A stretch of DNA of 64,000 bases from Lama guanicoe (lineage: Eukaryota): NCBI GenBank assembly GCA_013239625.1, contig MU054096.1, forward strand, positions 595,098 through 659,097. The letters are read 5' to 3'. Shown here piece after piece: positions 37,425 to 49,589 of the stretch. The notes beneath the pieces are model-generated. The model ran no database searches and was not told where the DNA came from. It was given only the letters and a program-made list of their open reading frames with translations. The number at the start of each line of letters is the position of its first letter. Position 1 is the stretch's first letter. The translations under genes and the position numbers were made by a program.

Positions 37425-38690
37425 ACTGAAATTAGAACATTCTCTAACACCATATACAAAAATAAACTCAAAATGGATTAAAGACTTAAATGTAAGACCA
37501 GATACTAGAAAACTCTTAGAGGAAAACATAAGCAGAACACTCTTGGACATAAATCACAGCCATATATTTTTTGAACCAGCTCCTGGAGTAACAAAAATAA
37601 AAGCAAAAATAAACAAATGGGATCTAATTAAACTTAAAATCTTTTGCACAGCTAAGGATACCATCAACAAAATGAAAAGACAACCCACAGAACGGGAGAA
37701 AATATTTGCAAATGATGTGATCGATGAGGGACTAATTTCCAAAATATACAAACAGCTCATACATCTTAATATCCAAAAAACAAGCAACCCAATCAAAAAA
37801 TGGGCAGAAGACCTAAGCAGACATCTCTCCAAAGAAGATAGACAGACAGCCAACAAGCACATGAAAAGATGCTCAACATCACTAATTATCAGAGAAATGC
37901 AAATCAAAACTATGATGAGGTATCACCTCACACCAGTTAGAATCGCCATCAGTAAAAAGTCCACAAACAGTAAGTGCTGGAGAGGGTGTGGAGAAAAAGG
38001 AACCTCCTACAATGTTGGTAGGAATGTAAATTGGTGCAGCCACCATGGAGGACAGTATGGAGGTTCCTTAAAAAACTAAAAATAGATTTTCCCTATGATC
38101 CAGCAATCCCACTCCTGGGCATATATCCAGAGAAAAATATAATTCAAAAAGACACAGGCATCCGTGTTCATAGCAGCACTATTTACAACAGCCAGGACAT
38201 GGAAACAACCCAAATATCCATAGACAGATGACTGGATAAAGAAGATGTGGTACACATATACAATGGAATACTACTCAGCCATAAAAAGAATAAAATAATG
38301 CCATTTGCAGCAACATGGATGGACCTAGAGATCGTCATTCTAAGTGAAGTAAGCCAGAAAGAGAAAGAAAAATGCCATATGATATTGCTTATATGTGGAA
38401 TCTAAAAAAAAAAAAAGGACACAAATGAACTTATCTACAAAACAGAAACAGACTCAGACATAGAGAACAAACTTAACAGTTACCAAGGGGTAAAGGGGTG
38501 GGAAGGGATAAATTGGGAATTTGAAAATTGCACCTCTTGGGGAGTGATGGAAATGTCAGTTAGCTTGAGTGTGGTAGTAGTTTCATTGGTGTAGACATCT
38601 ATCAGAATTCATCAAATTGCACATTTGAAATATGTGTAGTTTACTCTAAAGAACTATAGCACAATAAAGGTGTTTTTTTAAAAAAAAAGA
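37425..38690 (+). mobile_element. L1 copy B (ORF2 C-terminus, ~215 codons still open; chimeric 3' tail)
   Basis: ORF 37393-38079 [29 protein letters not shown] (ORF2 Cys-rich end). Confidence 0.95.
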
Positions 38691-38694
38691 AACA

Positions 38695-39170
38695 AGATTT
38701 GTAAATCTCAAACTTCCCAAATTTATCCCTTTCCATCCCCTTTTCCTGGTAACCATAAGATTGTTTACTTTGCCTGCGAGTCTGTTTCTGTTTTGTAGAT
38801 GAGTTCCTTGGTGTCCTCTTTTTTCTTTCTTTCTTTCTTTTTGATTCTACATATGAATGATATCATATGGTATTTTTCTTTCTCTTTCTGGCTTGCTTCA
38901 CTTAGAATGACAATCTCCAGGTCCATCCATGTTCCTGCAAATGGCATTATTTTGTAAATGTTAACCAATATATATAAAAATAGATAAAAAACAGATTTTT
39001 GTATAGCACAGAGAACTATATTCAATATCTTATAATAACCTTTTATGAAGAAGAATATGAAAATGAGTATATGTATGTATACACATGACTGGGACGTTGT
39101 GCTGTACACCAGATATTGATGCATTGTAACTGACTATACTTCAATTTAATTAATTAATTAAGTTGGGTTT
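38695..39170 (+). mobile_element. 5'-inverted (twin-primed) L1 3' end
   Basis: 38697-38951 is minus-oriented and 38952-39150 plus-oriented; the pieces are contiguous in the consensus; flanking AAAAAAGAAACA repeats. Confidence 0.85.
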
Positions 39171-41249
39171 AAAAAAGAAACATTAGAATATAAAAGTGTT
39201 ACAATAAAATATAAAATAAAAGATTAAAAATGTCATTTCTGCATTAAAATCATCAGATGTGGAAAATATAAAATGAATTTGAAACAGTGTTTGATTTTCC
39301 TCACCATGTTAAAATGAGAGATGATTAATGAGCAAAAGAGAAAGGAAACTTTCACCTATGTATGGCATATGTGTGTTTACCTGATCAAGTAGCAAAATAA
39401 AGAGAAAAGAGAAAATTATTAGATCAACCAGTGAAGTCCCCCCAAATAGGACAGCAGTATATGTGTGGCAACATTATATCAAAGTTAGCATGACACCCAT
39501 CCCTGGATTCTTTATATAAACATTCAGGTCAAACACGCAACTAAATTAAATCTCCCTTCGAGTCTTAAGGGTTCTCAGACACCTTTTTTTCACCTTTACA
39601 TTTTGCAGACATAGATAATTGAAGGTTGCTTCTAACTCTAAAAAGTTATGATCCTTTGGTATTTTTATGAAATTTAATCTAGGCTCTGACCTCTGATCTC
39701 TGATCCTTTGGTGCCTACGGCAAGGCTCACACACATTAGGAAAGACTGAGATATCTCTATAGAGTTAAATTTCAAATATATCTGTGCTTCTTCCATTTTA
39801 AAAATAAAAATGCCACAGGAGTCTCCAAGGTCAAAATCTCCTCCGTTTGGCTTTTCTTCACCAACAACTTCATATACTCACGCAAAACCTTTGACCTATA
39901 AGAGGCCGGCAGCACTGATAATTATATCTCTGGAACGACTCTTTTTGTGGTATCCACTCTATAATGGATTCAGAGACATGAATAAAACATCTTAATTTTC
40001 AAGTATTTCTTTTTAAATTAATATTTGAAAGAAAAGTATCTCGTAAAGAAAGGGGATTTTTTTTTGTAAGGCGTGCGGCTCTTGCATAGAGGGATATAGT
40101 TTTCGTGGCCTGTCTTGTTAAAAATGTTCTAGTACCCATCTGATGCACACTTATTTATGGATTTTAGACTAAAAGCTCTTTTTTGCCAGTTTTCTTCACA
40201 GGCACTTATCTCGACATCCTCATTAGGTGATTTTTCTCTTTTCTTTTTCGTGTAGACCTCGCCTTGCCCTTGACACTCTCTTTTGTTCCGTGCTGCAAAA
40301 GGAATGGTTTTAAAGGCTCCCTCTCCACTAGTCCCACCTTTTTTTTTTTCCCTTTGTAATTAGCCTTATTTGAGGACCAGAGAAGCAAAAGACTGGAAAG
40401 AAATACAAAAACTGTTGAACAAAAGACGATGTTCTTTACCCGAACCATATGCTGTATAGTTCGTGTAGAACCTGGGTCAGATGACTGCATATATGCCTTT
40501 AAAATGAAAAGAGAACAGAAAGAGAAAGAACGAGAGAAAGCACCGCCTTCCACAGCAGCTGCATCGGTATAAACAGGCTGGGAGTAAATGTCACAGTGAA
40601 GAAGGATAATGCATCTTACCTCCATTGCCAAAGTAACTCACGTTAAAACCAAAGTACGTGCTGAAACTCCGTGCCTGGTCACAATGCTCGCAGACAACCA
40701 TTTGAAGCACCTTAATATTAATTTGCTTTCATTGGAATGAGAGAAACATTTTCCTTTCTTAAGACTCTAAGCGTGTTTTCTCATTCGAGCCACATGGAAA
40801 TGGAATTGTTCAGCTATTTCCTTTAAAATGGGTTCATTAAAAAGGTTTTGATGCAGTGCTGATTAATGAAACGTTTTTTTCTGCCTTCTCTTTTCTTATT
40901 TCATTAGTGAGAAGGACCAGTGGATTTATGCTGTCGTCTCGAGAAGTAAAACTCTAGCTTTTAAAATACTAAAGTTTTGTGTACCAATAAATTTCATGAG
41001 AATGACTAGCAAAAACAGTTTTACGGAGACACACGTTACTGCGTGTGAAGACTGAGGGTTCTAAAGAAATAGTTGTGAAGAAGTCCAACCTGTCTTCCTC
41101 CCCACTTTACCCATAAAATAAACATTGTGTCAGAGTGTAGGCTTTGTTGTTTGTTTGTTTGTGGTTTGTTTGTTTCCTTTTGGATTGGGTAAGTGTCAAT
41201 AATCCAACAGGAAGTACAGAGGACACTCTACCTGGAAATGAAAGGAGAA

Positions 41250-41549
41250 TTCGGGGAACAGACACGGGGGTTAGAGTGCCCATCCTCTGCACAGTCAAAA
41301 ATCTAAGTGTAACTTAGAGTCAGGCCTCGCTATCCACGGTTCCTCAGTGTCTGTGGTTCCTTGGTATTCGCGGTTTTTCAGCATCTGCCCTTCCTCAGTA
41401 TTTGCAGTTCCTCTGCATCCCCGGTTCCGCATCCTCGGATTCAGCCCACTGCAGACCTTATAGCACTATAGTTATTTACTATTGAAAACAATCCATGTAT
41501 AAGTGGATCCTGGCAATTCAAACCCAGGTTGTTCTTGGGTCCACAGTAT
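41250..41549. mobile_element. Tigger2a/MER8-like MITE with internal 17-bp tandem array
   Basis: CACGGGGGTTAG..CAGTCAAAAATC..GGTTCCGCATCCTCGGATTCA..TTCAAACCCAGGTTGTTC. Confidence 0.75.
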
Positions 41550-41900
41550 TTATAAAGGTGTGAAAGGCATTTAGGAGAACCCACAAGTTGTCGAGATGGA
41601 TGCCCCTGTCATCCCACGGCCTGAAGTAGCAAAAGGAAGTAACCCTGTTACCAAAATCCGTGAAAGGAACTCTGGCATTTTGAAGAGACTTGTAGCCCAC
41701 GCACGATGACCTGGCAGTGCAGAAGTCAGAGGTACAGACACCTGTCTGTCTTAGTTCCTGCCCTCTGATTTTCGGCAGGTGACTCTCATTAGCTAAACCC
41801 AGCTGGAGACCCAGGGGCAAAGGCAGCTGGTGACACGGTCCCGCAGGTCAGCCTCAGCAGAGAGCAGGTGGACAGGGAGTCAGGAGGGGCAGAGGGGAGC
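41550..41900 (-). mobile_element. LTR33-like ERVL LTR fragment
   Basis: CTCATTAGCTAAACCCAGCTGGAGACCCAGGGGCAAAGG..GGTCAGCCTC. Confidence 0.55.
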
Positions 41901-44379
41901 AATCCTTGGCTTTAAAGTCCCCATAACTACCTTTTTCTCTCCCTATTTTTTGATACAGGCATCTTCCCCTCAAGCTTTCTTTTCCTTTGCTGTAAAGTCA
42001 GTTTAATGAACTCTTTTAGGAAACGGTTCTAAACAGCAAACTTGGTTCTCAATTGTCTTAACAGGTCTCAAAGAGCCCAAAATACCTGAAGACATGTGAC
42101 TGCCCCGCTTCACCTGCTCTGGGGTGGAAAGCACTTAGACGGACGTGGTCTTTTCATTCGATGACTGTTTACCGAGAACTTACCACGTATATCCCAAGGC
42201 ACCATCTAGGAAGCACGGAGGACCCTAGGTGAGTCAGACGAGGACCCCGGTCGCCAGCGTAAGTCTCTGGATCCCGGAATCCATTTCTCTTCCTTCTCCT
42301 GCACATACTCAGCCAGGAGATGGTGCCGTGACCCAGACCAGTAAGATCGTTCCTTTCTTCCACCTGGTGTGACAGGCTCAGGACAGACAAATTACCTGAG
42401 ATAGACCAATACAAGTCTTATTTGGGATGGTTTTGCCGTATTTATCGAGAAAGAGGTGCTCTTCCCAAAGGAACTGTCCGGTGAGAGGGGTGTGAGTAAA
42501 AGCCCACGAGAAGGATGTAGCCAAGTTGAGGAAAGCAGAGCTGAGAAGGAGAGAGGGAGGCTGAGGCTCTGGACCAGCCACACCTGCCGCCTGTTAGACT
42601 CACGTCTCCGCATCCTGAGACAAGGTTCTTGTTCTGCCTGAGCTGTGGTTTCATCTCTTACAACAAATGAGTCAAGAAGTTTACGTGTAATGGGGAGGAT
42701 AGGTGTGTAAGTAACACACAAAACAAAGTTAGAAACAGCCTTTTTTAAAAAAAGTAGTATACAGACTTCAGGGAGACTAAGGTTTACTTGTGGAAGGAAT
42801 TATCTGAACAGTCAAGGACATGAAGATGCCATTTGAACTGGGCCCTGAGTCACAGATGAAACGTGGACGTGGTGATTTTTAGAGCAGAGAGCTCAGACAG
42901 AGGCGGCAGCCATGGCATTTGTGTGTTTGTATCTCGCAAAGACAGAGGTGCACAACACAATTACACCTTACAGTTTTTACTAGTGAGGACACAAACGTTC
43001 AGAGTATGTGTAAGACTCCGAGAACATGGGGTCAGTTACTTAACAGCTCTTAGCTTTCGAGGGTAGGACTGTGAACGAATGGTCACGTCGTCTTTGTACG
43101 TTTCTGTTTCTCAAACTGCGTTTTGGTAATAAGGAGAAAATAACATTTTTTTAAAAACCGTAGTGAGAAAAATGCCAGAATTGATCCCAAAAGGGGGAGG
43201 AGGGGCACAATTAATGTCAAGTTTTGAAAGTGTTCATGCTTAAGCTCATTGAGTTTTGAATTGTTGGAAGACGGGTCAATGGCAGTTCTTAAAAGCATAC
43301 CCACAAATTCCAGGGTAGAATTAGCTCAGCTTAGCGCTAGGAATCACATCGCATGCTGTTGCAGACTGCCCAGGATCAGTGCATGCGTCAAAGACCTCCC
43401 TGTCACACTCGACTGTCACTCCAGGAAAACTAGATTTCAGCATACCGGTTTATCAAAGGGAGTCGAAGACTCAAGCCATATAATCGCATCAACCGAATAT
43501 AACCATAAAAACCTGGCATTTTAAAGCAGGTTCTGTAAACGGTGGGGCTGCATCAAAAACCAGGAAGACTTTGAGCATTTCCTTTTTCATAAGGGAGAAG
43601 TTTTTATTTGTGTAAAACTAAGCAGTGATGAGCGTGAACATACACGCCTCCCTCTGTTTGAACCAGCGGAGTAAAATCAACACATTTCGCAAAATCAGTT
43701 AAGGAATTGTAAAGACCACCCAGTTCAGACTCACGAGAAGTTGACAGCTTTCTCTCTTCTGTCCCTCCTGAAAAAGAGAAGGGCTCCGCTCTCTGTCAGA
43801 ATTGTTTTGGGCACCATTCTTTTACCAATGATCACGAATGGGACTTCGAATAAGAAATTCTTGGCATCCTTCCTCCCCAACCAGCTTTCATTGTCTCAAC
43901 CGACTTCTTCCTCTGTTTTTACAGGGTATAGCTGGGGGCTTGGGTCATAAGCTTTGTGTAGCTGGGGGTTTGGGAAAGAAGGAGGGGTGGACCAGAGACC
44001 TCAGAATGTGAAATTTAAGCCTACTTTATGCGGCATCACAAGCATGCTTTCTCGGGGTGACCTTTATGTTTACTGTCGTTTCATAGATTAATTGTTTTAC
44101 TGTTAATGCTTCCCCTTACAGTCCCAAAATGAAGTGTGATTTGCATATAGTCCTTTTTACAAAATGTCTAAGCATGCCCTAGTAAATTAGATAAGCGTAC
44201 ATAAACTTACTCTTTAATAAATAGAACTTAACTCATTTCAGATTTTTGAATAGGCTGAAGTTAACTTCACTTTGCTATTAAGGAAAACTCGTGTTCATTT
44301 CAAGATCTAGGCTACTGTGTGAACAGGGAAGAAAAAAAAGCAATGGGCAAATCGTGTCCAGAACAAACTCAGGTTACAT

Positions 44380-45260
44380 TCAGGAACTTAATGCCACTTT
44401 AAATCAGCAGAGAAAAGGCAAAATATTCCATTAACTAGTTTAAGGACAATTGGCTGTATACTTGAAAAAAAAATGTGTATATCCTTACCTCATACCATTG
44501 ACAAAAATAAATTTCAGGTAAATAAATATTTAAATGTACATTTTAACTGTAAATGTTACAGAAGATAATAAGGTAAATATTTTTATAATCTTACAAGGGG
44601 GAAGACCATTATAAGATTTGCCAAGAAATGCAAAAACCATGAAAGGAAATTTGTAAGACCTGGCTACATACAATTGCATTACTTTGTGAATTAAAAGATA
44701 CTATAAACAAAGTTATGTCGTTTGAATCAGTAGTTTGTAAAAAAAATGCTTTGAACACATTTGAACACATGTAGCCCAGGCAAAGGGCTTATATCCTTCA
44801 TACATAAATAGTTCTTGCAAATCAATAATGAGAAAAACAAACAATCCAATTAAACATGGCCCCCAAAGAGAAAAAGTAGGTGTTAAACTCAAATCAAGAT
44901 GTTTAATCACACTAATAAAGAAATGCTCAGTAAAATAACAATGAAGTATAGTGCCAAACATTTAGAAGATTAAAATTAAATAACAGAGTAGCACTAAAGA
45001 TGTAGAGAAACAGGCAATGTAATTCACTGTTGGGCAAAGTGTAAATGATACAGTCTTTATAGGACAGTATCGACATGTTAAGTCCATACACTTTATGACC
45101 CAACAGTTTCACCAGGAGGAATCTGTCTTATAGAAATAGTGGCATGGGTGTGCAAACACATCTACAAAAGAATGATTGTTAAACTTTAAAATGGCATTAA
45201 AATCAACAGTAATCTATATAGTTATTAATAAGGACACTAGAAAAATAAGTTACAGTGTGT
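44380..45260 (+). mobile_element. Old degraded L1 (L1MC/ME) fragment
   Basis: CCTTACCTCATACCAT..AAAAATAAATT, AAACAAACAATCCAAT, TATGACCCAACAGTTTCAC. Confidence 0.7.
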
Positions 45261-45264
45261 CTAT

Positions 45265-45700
45265 GTGTTTCAGGCATGTATTACTGTATAACAGACCACT
45301 TCAAAACCTCTGGTTTAACACAAGTTACTGCTTCTCACAATTCTCAGGGATGGGAATACGGGCAGTTCTTCTGATCTGTGTGGTAATGACCGTGGCCAAT
45401 CACATGCTGCAACAGCTGGTGGCCCGTTTCTTGCTGGAAGCTTCAGAAGGCTTCACTCATGTCTGGTCCTCAGTGCTCCGCACGTGACTGGCTCAGGCCT
45501 CCACACAGCATGGTGGTCTCACAGCAGCCAGACTCCTCACAGACGCAGGACTTGCACAAGATGGCATTCCAAGGGGTCAAGCCCCTGTGGCCTGTCAAGC
45601 TTCTGCTGTCCCGATGGTCAAGGCAAGTCACATGGCCAAGCTCAGTATCAGCGTGGACGGGAGCTACAGAAAGGCATGGATGCCTGAAGGTATGGTCCTC
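45265..45700 (-). mobile_element. MaLR LTR (MLT1-type)
   Basis: TGTATAACAGACCACTTCAAAAC..CCTCCACACAGCATGGTGGTCTCA..GCAAGTCACATGGCCAAGC. Confidence 0.65.
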
Positions 45701-45795
45701 TTGAACATGCACAGAAAATGATGTAGCCATTAAAAAAAAAAAGGAATGGTCCGCTTTTATATTTCTTGGTAGACAGAGAACTGTCCAGGATGTAT

Positions 45796-46720
45796 CTGTG
45801 TGTGTGTGTGTTTTGGTGCTTCATTGTGGGCTTTTTTTTAATAAATGAAGTGTAGTCAGTTTACAGTGTGTCAATTTCCGGTGTACAGCACAATAGTTCA
45901 GTCATACATATACATACATATGTCCATTTTCATACTCTTTTTTGTGATAGGTTACTACAAGATACTGAATATAGTTCCCTGTGCTGTACAGTATAAACTT
46001 GCTGTTTGTTTATTTTATATTTGGTAGCTCTTATCTGCAAATCTCAAACTCCCAATTTATCTCCTCCCAACCCTGTACCCCCTTGTAACCGTAAGTTTGT
46101 TTTCTACGTCTGTGAGTCCATTTCTGTGTTGTAAACAAGTTCGTTTGTCTTTTTTTTAGATTCCACAGATAAGTGATAAGTGATATCGTATTTTTTGTTC
46201 TTTCTCTGACTTACTTCACTTAGAATGACATTCTCCAGGTCCATCCATGTTGCTGTAAATGGCGTTATTTTATTCTTTTTATGGCTGAGTAGTATTCCAT
46301 TGTGTAGATATACCACATCTTCTTTATCCAGTCAACCGTTGATGGACATTTAGGTTGTTTCCATGTCTTGGCTATTGTAAATAGTGCTGCTATGAACATT
46401 GGGGTGCATGTATCCTTTTGAATTAAGATTCCCTCTTGTTATAATATGTCCCGGAGTGAAATTGCCGTATGATAAGGTAAGTCTGTTTTTAGTCTTTTGA
46501 GGAATCTCCATAATGTTTTCCATAACGGCTGCGCCAAACTACATTCCCACCAGCAGTGTAGGAGGGTTCCCTTTTCTCCACACCCTCTCTAGCATTTATC
46601 GTTCTTGGACTTTTGAATGACGGCCATTCTGACTGGTGTGAGGTGATACCTCATTGTAGTTTTGATCTACATTTCTCTGATAATTAGCAATATTGAGCAT
46701 TTTTTCATCTGCCTATTGGC
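45796..46720 (-). mobile_element. Young L1, 5'-truncated, with 11-bp TSD and short 3' extension
   Basis: TSD CCAGGATGTAT at 45785-45795 and 46721-46731. Confidence 0.93.
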
Positions 46721-48299
46721 CCAGGATGTATTTTTAAGAGGCAAGTTATAGAGCAGTATTACTAACCCAATCACATTTGTTATTAGAAAAAAGTTTTAAA
46801 CTACATATATATATTATACATATATGTGCTTATGTATGTATGTGTGTGAATATACACACCACACACACAAAAGAGGAAAGAGACAGAGACAGAAAGATCT
46901 GAAAGGATATACTCCAGTGCACTTCAAACTGCTATCAGTGCTAATTATTAGGAATTAAGGTATTAGATTGGGAATGGAAAGGTTTTTTTTTAAATTATTG
47001 TTGGTTGGTTTGGGCTATAATCTTTATTTTCTCTTTTGTATTCTTTAAATTTGTTCCAACTATCATGCATCACTTCTGTAGTTTTTTAAAAAGAAAAAAA
47101 TATTCCAATATCTCCTTTGGTTCACACTGCAGACCTACAAGCGGTTTTGATAAACCACGTGTTGATTGTGATCTTCCAGAACAGTGTGCTGAGAAAGGGG
47201 GACAGGTAAGTAGACACGGAACAGGGACATGAATCGTGGCAGGACAGTGTATTGGAATGACTTTATAAACAGCTTTCAAACGTGAAGAGATCCTTCCTTA
47301 ATTTCTTCCTCCACTGGATGTGATTTGTCCTAGACCAAACACAGGTTGTGATGTTCGTAGTAATTAAAATCTGATTTGGTTTGCCACACACAGAAGGATC
47401 TACCAGATGGATGTTGCTCCGCTTTGGTTTGAAAACTAAGCAACCAGGACGTAAGAATGATGAGAAAGATGATATAGTGCATAGTCCATGCCAAGCACAT
47501 CACATACACGGCAACCCTGTACATGGTCCGCTCCTGTAATCTGCACTTGGCCGTGGAGGAAAATGACTCTTTTCCTGGGCCCCATACCAAGCACCTGGGA
47601 GCCGACATCTGACCTCACGCAGTCCTGACGCAGGGCTCCCGTTCCACAGCTTCTCCGTGGGGACAGTGGTGGATGATCTCTGCATATACACAAACATTCT
47701 CAAAGAATTAGAAGCCGTATCCTGAGTACAAATAAGAAAGAGTGATAACCAAAAGTTTCCGCTGTTTCACTGCCCTGTTCCATTATCCTTTGGTGCACGG
47801 CTAGCTGACGTTAAGGGTAGTCTGATGCCCATAATCTTGATTTCAGCATCATACCAATTCAGAGGTGTGACTACCCCATCCGTATCTGTCGCTCTGCGCC
47901 CTGAGGATCCTCTGTGCCTGTCAGAACGTGACCTACCAGTGCTGAAATGAGCACTCAGACAGCAGCTGATGGCACACCATGAGATCACTGCAGCCCGACA
48001 GCAGGCGTGTTCACCAGTTTTGACCATCATGACGGCAGTCAGAAGGCTTTGTGGTAAAGGGACAAGGGAGCAGAGATCTGGCACCAGGCACCGGGAGAGA
48101 AGAAAGCAAGACAGTTTTAAACAAGGACCACATGGAGTGACTCATTAGATGCTGAGAGCTAATAAGAGGCTGAAGATTTTCAGCTGAGCGCCGATGCTGG
48201 GGGCAGCAGGACCTCCTAGCATCTAGAAATTGAGAATGCATCAGGAGGTGGTGATAAATCCTGTGCTGATGCCTGGTGCGTGGAGCTGTTATATTTTTA

Positions 48300-49115
48300 G
48301 GATGAAGGCAAAGATGTGAAAATCCAAGAGAGCGCCCGGGCGAAGCCGAGGTGTCGAGAGGTCTGCGTGTTTGTGGTTCCTTCGCTCGCCAGCAGGCGCC
48401 GTGCCACGGCTAGCATCCTAGGTTTCAGAATACAGATGGCGGCCCTTTCCTGATGGAGCTGGTCATGTAACAGAGAAGAGACAATTAACCACAAGAGACT
48501 GTGAGATGTGATGGGCGTTGGGGTCGCAGAAAGGCAGAATCCGTGGAGGGCGTGGCCTAGAGAAGTGAAGAGACCTGCGTGGAGGTGCAGGCCTTGGACG
48601 ATAAGGAGGAGTGATGAGGGAGGGAGGGGAGTCCCCGAGGAGGGACAGGAGCGGTAAGACCAGAGCCAGCAGGACGGAGGGGCGGACAGGGCCCGGATCT
48701 TTATGCTCAAACAGACTGCTCCGTGCCACACAGTGAACAGATAAAGTCCCCGCCCTCCAGAAGCTGGTCAGACGCGAAGCCACAGAAGAATAAGTGTGCC
48801 GAGCGTGAAGACAAAGATGAAAGATGGTGCGGTGTGACAGCATGCGGGGTCCATGGTGACCGCTCTTGTGGGAGAGAGGTTTGGACTGAGGTCTGAACGA
48901 GGAGAGAGAAGGCAACCTGTGAAAGTCTGAGGGAAGCATTCCGAGCAGAAGGACAGCAGACTCCTTGAGAAAGAAACAGGCAGGCATGTGCTCAAGGCCC
49001 GGAAGGCGGACCCCTGTGGCCAAGACGGGGAATGAAGGGAGGGGTAGGGGACACGGTGTCCGAGAGATGAGCGAGGACACACCAGGCAGACACCTGAGGG
49101 ACGATGACCAAACGT
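48300..49115. promoter_or_regulatory. CpG-island-like region with GC boxes and a YY1-like motif
   Basis: About 42 CpGs by hand count in ~815 bp; GGGGCGG ~48679, CCCGCCC ~48749, CAGATGGCGGC ~48433. Confidence 0.5.
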
Positions 49116-49370
49116 CCAGGGTGGCCCCAGGTAACCCCAGTTAGCACCCTTTAGCTTGGTTTAACTACTGATACTGCCCTCCCTCCCTAACTCCATAAAG
49201 TATGGCAAGGAGTTCAGATGTTGAAGTTCAGATGAAAGCCATTGGGAACTTTTCAGCAAAGGTGACAACGTGATCTGATTCATCCTTTAGAAAAGTCTCC
49301 CTGGGAGTGATTTAAAGACGTTCGGTAAGGGGGAAGAGGGGGGCCTTGAGCCCAGTCAGGAGGCCTCCCA
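48700..49370 (-). mobile_element. L2 fragment (CpG-rich)
   Basis: CAGTGAACAGATAAAGTCCCCGCCCTC, GGGAAGCATTCCGAGCAGAAGG, GTGATCTGATTCATCCTTTAGAAAAG. Confidence 0.65.
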
Positions 49371-49589
49371 CTTCCATTCATTCTGTTTAAGGCCCTGACA
49401 CCCAAAGCACTTCTGGTGTTTCTCACAGTGCTGCAGAATCTTGGAATGTGAAAAGAACCTAGAATTCCGTTTGTTTAAATTCCTGTACCATGGAAGGATG
49501 CCTCCTACGATAGTTGATGCTTACTGGCTTTAATGAAATTGAAATAAAAGACTGCCGTCAAATAAAGAGGCAGGGGACTTAGGCTAAGA

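Noticed and set aside
37393..38079. 228-aa ORF, the longest in the track
   Set aside because: C-terminal L1 ORF2 fragment of a 5'-truncated copy; the start codon lies in flanking DNA; not a host gene
48463..49080. 205-aa and overlapping minus-strand ORFs
   Set aside because: GC-rich, largely L2-derived sequence with few stops; no recognisable domain
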